A DNA stretch of 64,000 nt from Podarcis bocagei (taxonomy: Eukaryota). Shown here piece by piece: positions 22,512 through 34,500 of this stretch. The stretch lies in the NCBI GenBank assembly GCA_964188305.1, contig OZ076893.1. One strand, written 5' to 3'. How positions within the stretch are numbered: the stretch's first letter is position 1; the number at the start of each line of letters is the position of its first letter. Made by a program: the position numbers and the translations under genes. The notes under the pieces were generated by a model. The model was not told where the DNA came from and ran no database searches. It saw nothing but the letters and a program-made list of their open reading frames with translations.

Positions 22512-25500
22512 CTAAGCAAAAACAAAAACACACATATGCAAAGAATTATTTGAAATATACCAGAGCTAGTCAGAAGACAATACTTTTTCATCTCATTTAT
22601 TGGCAGACGTGGTTGAGCTGGCAGCTGCATGGCATTTCCGCTGTGAATGGGCAATGCAACTAAATCTACGCAATTTAACAGAATAAGATATTTAAGTGAA
22701 ACTGAATCTCCTTTTGAGGTAAATTACTATTTCACCATCTAGTGGGCTATGGGCAAAAAATGTAATTTTGTGACACCTCAAAGCACTTGCTTCTTGATTA
22801 GCTATTGGCAGCAGCTCAGCAAATTACTAAAGTACTTGCCCGAAGATAATTAAAAGTATTTCATGGTTAGCCAAGCTTTTAGACTTAAGAAGTTGATCCA
22901 GAGCACTTTCATAAAAAATAGTGTTGATGGCTATGATATGTGAGGGATGAATTAAAAAGTTAACAATTACTTTATTTTTCTGTGCATAAGACTAGGTTTT
23001 TCCCCTAAAAAATAATGTCAAAAATTAGGGGGCGTCTTATACAGAGATACATCTCCCCCCTTTTTTTTCTTAAATCTGAGTCCCCCAAAATAGGGGGCAT
23101 CTTACAGACTGAAAAATATGGTACTTTAAATATTACTCCTACAACTGAGTTTAAGTAGTAGATAGGTAGCCGTGTTGGTCTGCCATAGTCAAAATAAAAA
23201 AAATATATCTTCCAGTAGCACCTTAAAGACCAACTAAGTTAGTTCTTGGTATGAGCTTTCGTGTGCATGCACACTTCTTCAGATACCTATCTGAAGAAGT
23301 GTGCATGCACACGAAAGCTCATACCAAGAACTAACTTAGTTGGTCTTTAAGGTGCTACTGGAAGATATATTTTTTTTATTTTAACTGAGTTTAAAACAGA
23401 GTTATGAGTAAGAATGAGGGTAAAGTTCCCTCTTAACTAAAAGGAACTCTTGCAACTATTTTCAATGAGCCATGCTGAAACTGAATATGTATCCTTACCT
23501 TTTTTGCCTGACAATATTCCTTTTCCATCACTTTTCCCAACACCCAGGGTCTTCGAGATGCTCCTGAAGCTGGAAGGAGAATATTTATTACTTGTGGCAT
23601 GATAATATCCAAACTACTTTAGGCACAAAAACGTCCATGGCCATTTATCTAGCAGGCACATTATAATCTTAATTTTAACTATGTGACGGAATAAAAAACT
23701 TCCATATACAAAATGTTACCTCAAATTGGTACAATATTCTAAACTCACAATCTTGCATTTAAATTTGAAAAAGCGTAAATGAATTTGAAAAAGCCTAAAT
23801 GGCAAAAATGTTTATAGTGGCATATTGTCATCTTTTTGCGACATACAGTGGTACCTCTGGATACGAACGGGATCCGTTCCGGATCCCCGTTCGCATCCTG
23901 AAGTGAACGCAACCCATGTCTGCAGGTCGCGATTCACCGCTTCCGCGCATGACGTCATTGACTGTCTGCGCATGCTTAAGCGGTGAAACCCAGAAGTAAC
24001 GCGTTGCGTTACTTCCGGGTCGCCGCGGAGTGCAACCCAAAAGCGCTCAACCTGAAGATATTTAACCCAAGGTATGACTGTACTGACAAAAGATATTGGT
24101 TTATTGTATGGTGCGTAAGAGGGATCTACTCTCACCAAGGAGCAATAGAAGATAAAAGCAGGCAGGCAGCTCACCTTCATCTCTGCTACACTTCAGTTGC
24201 CCAACCCAGCACCAAAGAAAACTTCCTTAGGCAACTTTAAAGCTACATGGACATTAATTAGTGGGGCATACTTTGATTCTTCATCTTTTTCATTCCACCT
24301 TCCCACAGCTGTCAACTTTTCCCTTTTTTTAAGGGAAATTCCCTTATTCCGAATAGAATTCATCACAAGAAAAGGGAAAAGTTGACAGCTATGCACCTTC
24401 CTCAAATCCACCCACCCACAGATATTGCTTCCCTGCTACTCATTAGAGAAGCAAAGCATTAAACCTCCATCCTCAATGCTGCTCAACTAATCTGCACAGA
24501 ACACTTAAGTAGCAGGAGAAAAAAGACTGCGGCTACACCCTCATTCTCCCACTGCTCAGTTCATTGGCAGGAGAGGACACCACAAGCTGTATAAAATTAA
24601 AACAGTGGGCTGCACGTAGTATGTGGCAAGGGATTGACCACCTCTGTACTACAGATAGAAACAAAGGGTATGTTTCTTGGTACATATGCATAATGGCTGG
24701 CAAATGTGCACATTGCCCAGAAAATGTAAAAAATGCAGTTAGGTTGTATACAATGCCCCACTCAAATACCTTTGGAGATAATGCATGGAAAATATGCGTG
24801 CAAAATACTATCAACTTGTAAGCATTCAAGAAGTCCTGCTGGAAAGTATATTGACTGGGAAATGTGCACAATTCCCTCTTCATGTTTACATTTTTCATAA
24901 TACGTGGGAATCATGCACTAGCCAGCGGTTATATATATACTGGCCCCAACACGTATATGTAATACATGCATTCACATGTTCAAACATAAATTTTAAGCAG
25001 ATTATTGCAAGACTGAATATTTAAATGCACCAGAAGAACATTCTCTCCAGAGTTATGACACTTACCACACTCACCTGGTTTGAGATCCAGTGCAGCAAGA
25101 GATTCTGAGTGTAAGAAATACAAAGTTGGGCTAACAGTAAATAATACATAGTTGTCGTGACGTTCATCCAAAATAATGAGAACCAAATCGCCAACCTGAA
25201 AACTGGATAAAAAATACAAGGCTCAGAAGAAAAGCAGCACGATTGTATTTTTGTTTACTCAGAGGAAAGCCCTACTAAGTTCAGTGGGCTTCCTCCTAGG
25301 AAAGAGACCACAAGATTGCAGCCTGCGTCATTATGCCCTTTACACACTTTGGTGCCGTGATATGCTTTTGAGGCATTATGTAGTTTTTGCTTTCACCAGC
25401 TAGGTATGGACATGCTGCCAGAATCGAGGACTTTTGTGTTGAACCAAAGGTGAAATGTTCTGGAAGGCCTGCAGACACTGTCTTGGTAGTCAAGATAACC

Positions 25501-28500
25501 CCAAACTAATTGGCAGTTGTTGCACGAATGAGCTCATAGATGTTTATAATCACTTGCTTTTGATATATGCTAACTGGCTTGCTTTGATGCTGCGCTTATC
25601 TGTGGGCTTTGGGGTGCTGGGCTCTAGGCCCAGAGAAGGGAGAAACTTTGGACAGTTGCCACCTATGGCCTCACTGGCCAGGTGTGATGGGAGGTTCTGG
25701 GTAAACTCACATATGTTGCTTTGTGCATAAAGGATGTACATGTCTCCTTGGGTGCGGACAAGCCACCTCCTTACTGCGATGTCCATCCCACTTTTGTAAA
25801 GGCTGGGAGATCCGGCAGGCTGGCTGGCTGCAAGTCCCCACCTTTTTTTAAATAAAGCACCAGAACTGGTCACTCTGGCGTTTTTGACATCCTTCTTTGG
25901 TATCCCTGCATCTGACCAGTCCCACAAGCCCTCCTTTGGGCCAGTGGATCAGGACAACTTTATAAAACAAACTGCATCCTATTATGCGTTTCCATATGAC
26001 TTTGTAAAACAAAAGTACATATGTAGTGGGTTGTTGTTCTAAAAAATACAGCCAGTGCTGTGCAGTAGGTAGCATTGGACTAGAAGTGGGAAGACAGGTT
26101 CAAATCCTCACTTTCAGTTGCACAGTTGTGTGTGGGGAACCTCTACTGGAGAGTACTCCCTTAAGGATGCAGACCAGTATCACTTGAATGACATCAGCCA
26201 GGTTTTTTGTATTTGGCAGCAAATGTCCCCTCTCTACACACCCACCTATTATGTCTCACAAGCAAGCTGTTTTCAAAGAAACTGTCTAAGGCAAGTTTAA
26301 TTCTAGGATATTATCTATCCCAACACAAACAATGCATTATTATTTTTTAAGACACCTGCGGTGGGGCAATTAGATGCTTGCCTAAAACAATAGGAACAAT
26401 TAAATAAACCAAGGCAGGGAATTGACTCACTCAATAGCTTTTCAGATATACTGTTTTCAGTCTGCACTCAATTAGAACTTTAAAAAGCATTTACCAGAAG
26501 AGGAATTTTTTAAAAAAAGAATTCAATAAAACAGAAAAAAAATTCCTTGACCATTATTAACACACCCATACTTACTCTCTGATTGCAATTTTCTCAGAAT
26601 GTCTTAGAGACACCGAAGACATGCTTTGAGACATCTGCAAAAATGAGACAGCATTATTATTATCCTTTTCTGAAGGGTTTGTGTGACATATTCTGGCCAT
26701 AGGGTCACTATTGTAACATATTTCTATTACCACTTATTAGACTGCCTAGGGACACCACCAGACACCAGTGGAAGATATCCTTTCAGTATGTATGAAAGCT
26801 TTAAAGAAATGCTCTTTATCTGGGCCATAGCTGGAGAGCTCTTTAACCAATAGCCTGGATGCAAAACTGGTTCACTCTCCACAGGCTATTTTTGACAGAT
26901 GAGTGGGGCCACAAAGATTCCTACCAAAAGCACATCTTGCATTGGTGCTAGATTTTTTGCAGGGATCAGCTACACTCAGGAGTTCCAACTGGGAGTCTGC
27001 ATATGGTGATGATCATTCACCTGTACTGAATTTAACTTTGAATGGCATTAACTGAATAGCTGGTACTGTACTGACCTGCCACTGTGAAACTCAATTTTAA
27101 AAAGGAAGGCAATGAGGACAGAGGCTCAGTAATGAAACAAAAATGTGTGAATGCACTGGGATGGCGGTGGCAGAAGCAGCAGCAGCAAGTTTCTTTTTAC
27201 TATTATTTGTATGAGAAAGTGTGTGATGGGAAGGTTGTGACAAGGTTTCTGTGTGAGGATGTGTGTGGCAGTAGGGCATGTATGTGCACGCACACACACA
27301 TGCATGTAAACACACAGCCCTCAACTTACTGCCAATCCTGCCTACAGCCCCTTGGGGTCAAAAAGGTTGCTCACCCCTATTGTTTGGGCTTGGAGTGAGT
27401 ACTTCACTCTAAGTCAAATGGGCAAGAATATAACAAGAGTCCTGCTGTATCAAACCAAAGGTCCAACTAGCTCAGTATGCTGTTCTCACCAGATGCCTAT
27501 GAAAAGACTGCAAGCAGGACTATTCCCCACACACCCAAATGGAAAGAAAACGTTCAGAAGCTGACCAAATTATGCTCATTGGTACCAAAAGAGCATGGAC
27601 ACTTACATCAAACACTGAAACCCATATTAAATGATGCATCAAAATCATTTCCACACAATATAAAACTTCTCTTAAAAGTATAGTTTTTCCAAGGACCATT
27701 CTGTGCACAACCATTTCAAAGAAACAAACAGAAAGTAGGGGGGGGGGGATCACTTTTTTTATACAGTATTGTAAAAATCTTTCATGGCATTTTCAGGTCC
27801 AAACACCATCAATAAGTTTATTAACATGCTTTCTTATTTCATCCTAATTTTAAACAAGGCTGTTAAAAACTGTGTGCCTCATCACCAGATCTGGTCTTAA
27901 GTCTCAATATATAAAATAATTACTTTTATCATCTGTTTTCTCTGTTAGGCTTTCTCTCCAACATATTGGCCTGGATCCAAAGATCTACATGCTCGACAGG
28001 GCTATTAAGAGGCAATCAATTTGTGTTCTGCTATGTTGACAGTGTAACTTTTTGTCCATATGGAAAATAAAAGCTGAATATATACGCTTTTGTCCGGTCA
28101 CCCCACACCTTTTAGAATCTTTCCTTTATTTTATGACATTTAAACTCAGGGTTTTTCATAGTCTCAGTCACAAAAATAACATGTTCCAGTGACACTAGAT
28201 GAAAGAGGTCTGTTTCCTTACTGCACCTCGATACTAAGAGGGTCCTAAAATAACACTCAATCAATGGAAAACTGAACTTAAATCCTTGCTCTCACAGTAC
28301 ATCCGAGCTGAGAGAATGTACTTCACATCTCTTCTTTATGATGACGTAAATGAAAGGAAGCATTTGCTGATAAAATCTTGGGAGTATCAAGAAAAAATGC
28401 AGTCATGCTCTTGGCTGCTACATTAGTTGCTTCAAAACCAAGTAGCAGCTATAATTACCCATGGACTGGCAAAAACTAGCTTTAGATTATTCGTGCTTAC

Positions 28501-31500
28501 TTGTGAAATAATTAAGTTACTGTTTTCCCCTTGTGAAACTTCTGTTACTGACAAAAAACGGTCTTTAAATCATACATCCAACTGCCAAATGCTCTCTTGT
28601 AGCTTTGTTATGTTCAGCTGAACACAATTCAATATAAGATATATTAGACTTCACATGAGGGAAAAAGGAAAGTTTGCCATTAAATGAAAGTTTGGCTACA
28701 AACATTTAGAAGCAAGTTATTTATATCAGTGAGACGTACTTTTCAAGTAAAAATGGATAGGATTACGTAGGATGGTAGTCAACTCAATAACTGCACTCAC
28801 ACAAGGATTACCATTAACACAATGGGACTATGAGGGTTATGAGAGCCTCAGATCAGATTTAGGGGGTATACAAGGGGAAGAGAAGGAGAGAACATTCTGT
28901 TCTGCTGTTGGAATGTTTACTGCAATACTATGTTGGATCCAACCAATAGTATTTTAGAATGCCAGTGAAAAGTATCTCCAGTGAAAACTACTTTTTTACT
29001 GCACTTCAACATCATTATTATGCAAAACTATTACTGTATCACTGATTCTTAGTTACAAAGTAATTAGAAACCTTCTATAATACTTCTATTCCAATGAAGT
29101 GGTTACAAAATCTCATTAAAGAAACCAGGCAAGACTCCAGCTTGCCTGCTGAATATTCTCTGTTTTGCAGAGCCTTTGGGGATGCATCAATAGCAGGAGT
29201 AGCCAAAGTGATTTCCTCATGATTTTGCTGGACTATCATTTCCATCAGTCCCAGGCAACATGGCTGACTGACTACAACACTCATCATCCCTGACCGACTA
29301 CATCTGGAGGGTGCTATGCAGGTTACCCATTCTAAGGCATGTTCTCTATACTCCCAGCACTCCTTGATGGCTGTACACTGTGGGGAAGGTTCAGCAATGA
29401 GGGACAAGCCTTCTTGAAATAATCTTTAATCAAGAATGATTTAATCAATTGATCAATCAAGTCTACTGCCAACCATCCCTAAATGAACACCACTGCATAC
29501 CTAGTCAAAGTCCTTTACACAAATCACAAACAGAAACATAAATAAATCTAATAAACACTCGCAATGCTGCAATACCAGCAGCTTTCATGAGTGTTATGTG
29601 TTCCAGATCCCCATGTAGCCACATCTCTCCTGTTATGACATCATGCTTCTAGACTAATGCATCACAATTCTAGATCATACATCTTGGACTAGATCAGCTC
29701 CTAGCAACTCCCATGGAACTGCTTCTGGCAAGGTTGTTACTCACTATATATTGCTAGCTTTATTTTCAAGCAATACACACACACACACACACGAACATAC
29801 ATATGAATAATTTCCCCTGTTTCTTTGAAAAACTACTCCCATCCTCAAATTCTGAAATATCTTAGATTTTTTTAAAAAGAGAGAAATCAAATAAACAAAA
29901 AGGAGGAATATTTGCTCTCCCCACCACTTTGAAAGTATTGGTTTAATTATTATTTTTTACTCCTCAACAGTTTTCTTGGGCCTCTCAATTACAAGGATCA
30001 TCACATCCAAATGTAGCCTGGCTGAACGCTGTATTATAAAGGCATACCCTCTTGAGCTAAGTCTCATTGCCACAAGCCAAGAGTGGCAAAAACCTACCTG
30101 TTTAACCACATTTGTTTTCTAAACACATAATTTTGTTATATGCTTACCAATCTTTGATTAAGCCTCTTATTTTCCTCCTCTTTCAACTGCAACGTCTATA
30201 AAACAGCATAACACAAACCTTTCAACATTTTGTTTAAATATAGTTTTACATATATTAGTTTTATAACTTCATATGCATGTTTTCAATATTTTAAGACTGC
30301 AATTCTATACTTATGTGGGAGAGGATGGCTCATTTATCTCAGTGCGACTTAAATTCTGAGTAAACATGTTTAGGATTGTGTTGCTAGAGGCTCAATTTTT
30401 TAAAAACACTATAGATGTAAGTATGTGTGTGCGCGTAGCTAAGTGTATAACCCACACTTATTTATTGTGCCACATTAGTGGGTTTGAATATGTTTCAGAT
30501 CAGATTTGGCCTACTGAAACAGAAATTCATACCAGCTGTGCCCTCTATTAAGTATGAACTCAAATAATGGTGTTCATAGCTGAATCATTTTTCTTCCAAG
30601 TAGTTACATACAGTGGTGCCTCGCAAGACGAAAAGAATCCGTTCTGTGATTCTCTTCGTCTAGCGTTTTTTTCGTCTTGCGAAGCAAGCCCATTGACGGA
30701 TTAGCGGATTAGCGCTATTAGCGGCTTATCTGCTGATCGGATCAGCTGATAAGAGGCTTAGCGGCTTAGAAAAAGGGGGGGAGGAAAAAAAACCAGCAGG
30801 AACTCGCAAGACATTGTCGTCTTGCGAAGCAAGCCCATAGGAAATTCGTTTTGCGAAGCACCTCCAAAACGGAAAACTCTTTCGTCTAGCGAGTTTTCCG
30901 TCTTGCGAGGCATTCGTCTTGCGGGGCACCACTGTAACTCGGAAATTCAGCTTTGATTTCGTGAAAGTTAAATTTTCTCTCATTGGCTGGGAAAGAAGTT
31001 GCATGATAGAAGAAATTCTCAAATCTTTGATGCTGTTAAATTAATTTGGCCCATGGTGTCCGAGCTTCCACGACACGTCCCAACTGCAATTTATGACCTG
31101 CAGTCTGAGGGCAGGGGAGGAATTTGAAAACAGTCATCTCTACAGATGAGCTCTCCCACCAGCACCACACCAGCTTTGACTGGAGGTGGGTGAGATCCAA
31201 GTACTCATCTTCCCTTTTTTACTGGCATATGGCTGGGTAGGCGAGATCTGTATTACAAGTTTAAAAACCAGTCAACACATCTATAACCAGTCATTGTTTG
31301 ACATCTTTTTAATTACAGGTGTTAGGGATTAAACCTGGTGCTTTCTGGATACAAAGTATGTGTTACATCCCTGAGTTTTCTCAGTAACCTATGAAATGTG
31401 TATTAATTGGAAAGCCAAAGTAACCACAATAATTCCTATGTTTCTAGTTTTAACGGGAATCAGTTTAAATGTCCTAATATAAAAGGGTAGTATTGACTCT

Positions 31501-34500
31501 GATCCAATAGTTCTAAGCAGCTAAAATGAGGAAATGCTTTCAGTCATCCAGTTGCAGAATAGCAGCATTAATAGTTGTGTTACTACTCAGTAATACTTAA
31601 AAAATGGGACGCGGGTGGCGCTGTGGGTTAAACCACAGAGCCTAGGACTTGCCGATCAGAAGGTCGGCGGTTCGAATCCCCATGACGGGGTGAGCTCCCA
31701 TTGCTCAGTCCCTGCTCCTGCCAACCTAGCAGTTCGAAAGCATGTCAAAGTGCAAGTAGATAAATAGGTACCACTCCGGCGGGAAGGTAAACGGCGTTTC
31801 CGTGCGCTGCTCTGGTTCGCCAGAAGCGGCTTAGTCATGCTGGCCACATGACCCGGAAGCTGTACGCCGGCTCCCTTGGCCAATAAAGCGAGATGAGCGC
31901 TGCAACCCCAGAGTCGGCCATGACTGGACCTAATGGTCAGGGGTCCCTATACCTATACCTAATAGTTAAAAAGATGTTTGTCAAAGTAAAACTATGGAAC
32001 TCACTTGATTTAAGAATGGGACAATGAATTTACATTAGTTAAGAATTAATAGGACAATTAACTTACAGATTTTACAGATTACATATAATGCAGTAACAGG
32101 TTTGCTCAATGAACAGCAAACATGGTAGCAAGGTAGGCTTATGCAAAAAACAAAAACACAACATGCTCCTGTGAGCAAAGGTCATGCTGCTGTGAGCAGA
32201 TCTCTGGCTGACCAGGATCCACATGTGCAAACAAGTGCTGCACATGCAGTTCCTGGGCTGGATCTCTGTATCTTGCACTTCGAACTGCACACACAGTTTT
32301 TGTCAGTGCTTTGGGAACTGTTTGTGCTATGTCAAATAGCAACTCAGGCTCATCATGCATCCAAAATAGAATTCAGCGTCATTAAAGCTGCTGTGTATGA
32401 CTCTGGATAGGACCAATGGATGAATTTGTCTTTCTTCCAAATAAGCATCTTCAAGTATCTTAAAATCAGAGGGTTCAAGGGTGGCATCCAATGCACTCAC
32501 TCCATTAACACAAGGATATAAGCTTACGCAATGGAACTCTCTCCTCTGCCTGAGCACAACCCACACCCTTCCCAAATCTGGGATAAACTCCCAGAACAGA
32601 TTTAGGGTGGAGGGGAGTAGAGTTCCATTGTGCTAGAGTAAACACTTGCACTAAGGGAACAAGTTGCTTAGCACTACATTAGATATAGATAGCCCTTACA
32701 AATATTCTTACAACAACCTGAAATCACAGGCAAACGTTCCCTAAATAACCAGTAGCGGTATGCATAAGAAAAAAAGGCAATCACAGTGGACAAAAAGTTG
32801 GGACTTTTGCTTTTGTTAGCTCCCATGTGGTTCCAGCCCACCTTATTTCAGCAAATATATGACAATACATTAATACATGAAGCTGAACACAGAGGTTCCT
32901 AATCTCTCTTGAAGGCAGTAAATAGGTAACCAGAGCAAAAAACTACTCACTTTTTCTAACATCATTATCCTCTGTTTTTCCTCTGACAAAATCTGCACAT
33001 TTTCACTAAAAATAAAATAAGAAACGGTTAACAAGATGCGCAGCTTCATTAATGAGAAAATATGTCAAATAGAGGGTTTTAGTAGATTAATATGTCACAA
33101 GAAAATGAAGATAAGCCATATTATATTCATCTTGACATGCTACATTGTGTCTCCAGTGTATCTGACATGCTGTATATTCCCCGCTCCTAAATAGCAGGTG
33201 ACAAAAAGAACGAGGAATCCAAGCAAATTAATTAATCACAATGCCTTGGAAAACATGCATGGTATTTCTATTGTGCTCTTTTGGATTTTCAAAGGCAGTT
33301 CAGCAACCATTTTTTGAGGTGAGAGAGTCTTTATACCAGGTGAGTTCTCTTTTTAGTTTTCACATGATAACACAGTTCAGTGAAAACACTTCCATGTGCT
33401 AATATAGTAGGGATGTCCAGAAGAAATATTCTGGACCTTCCTGGCTGGTTTGAAGAGGGGGTTGCTTTGGGTCAGTGGCTTGTACTGACTTGATGTTTCA
33501 CTCTGGATCCAAGACATAGGGTAAAAACCAACAACTCCTATGACATCTACAGTATAGTCTAAATTTTCATTTTTTTAGACAGAATTGTATATTTATAGGC
33601 ACAGTAGTCACTTCTGAGGGAATGAAGCTCTCAGATTTTGGACCCTTTAAAGTCTGAGGTGTTTTTGTTTTCTAAAAAGAGGTCCAATGATTTCCTATGT
33701 ACTTTTGCAAACAATTTCCATGAACATGACGAAAAAAGGAGGAAAAGGTGCCAGTATATGGTGCCTGCAAAAATTATAGAAGGATGGTGGACGGGTTAGA
33801 GTTATGAATAAAGAAAATTATTTGAGGCATTTAAAAAAGAATATTGTTCTCTGTTCAAATTTGCACCAAAGTCACATGCTGCCAAAGCCGAACAAGGTGT
33901 AGATGGATGTGTTTTATCCCTGACAGCAAAATAAACACTGTAACTGGAAGGAAAAGGAGAATGCCGATAACCAAAGAAATAAAGATGTCATTCACAAAAC
34001 TATATACTCCTCTCTCTGTCTGTCTCTCTGCCTAGTGTTTTCCCATTCCTGAAGAGCTTGGAGATGTAAAAATGTATCAAATCAGATCAAAATATAAATA
34101 CAAATTCCCTCAAGAATTCCAGGTTGTCCAAAAGCCTTGCACCCACAGCCTATTCACCTCAGATTTGAGTTGCTTCACATGACAGTGGAGTTGGGGGGGG
34201 GCATTTTCAAACATTTCAAATAAGAATAAAAAATTCAAAACAATGCCTACTGACATTCAGATACATATCTATTTCAAGATTTGTGTACTAACTTTACAGC
34301 CATCATGCTTGTTTCCAGCGTGGAATCCATTTTTCCTTCTTCTGTGGTATCTGACGTTAATCGCTCAGTTTCTGCTGTAAAATCAGCTGCACAAGCTCCG
34401 GGAGGTTCTGAAGGAGGAGGTAAACAGGCTGGTGGAACAAAATTGCTACTTCTCAGCTTATTAACCTCTTCTTCAAGTTTCTTCTTCTCTTCGAGTAAAC

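Noticed and set aside
23762-23801. Short tandem duplication AATTTGAAAAAGC(G/C)TAAATG
   Set aside because: Two copies only; ordinary slippage with no evident function.
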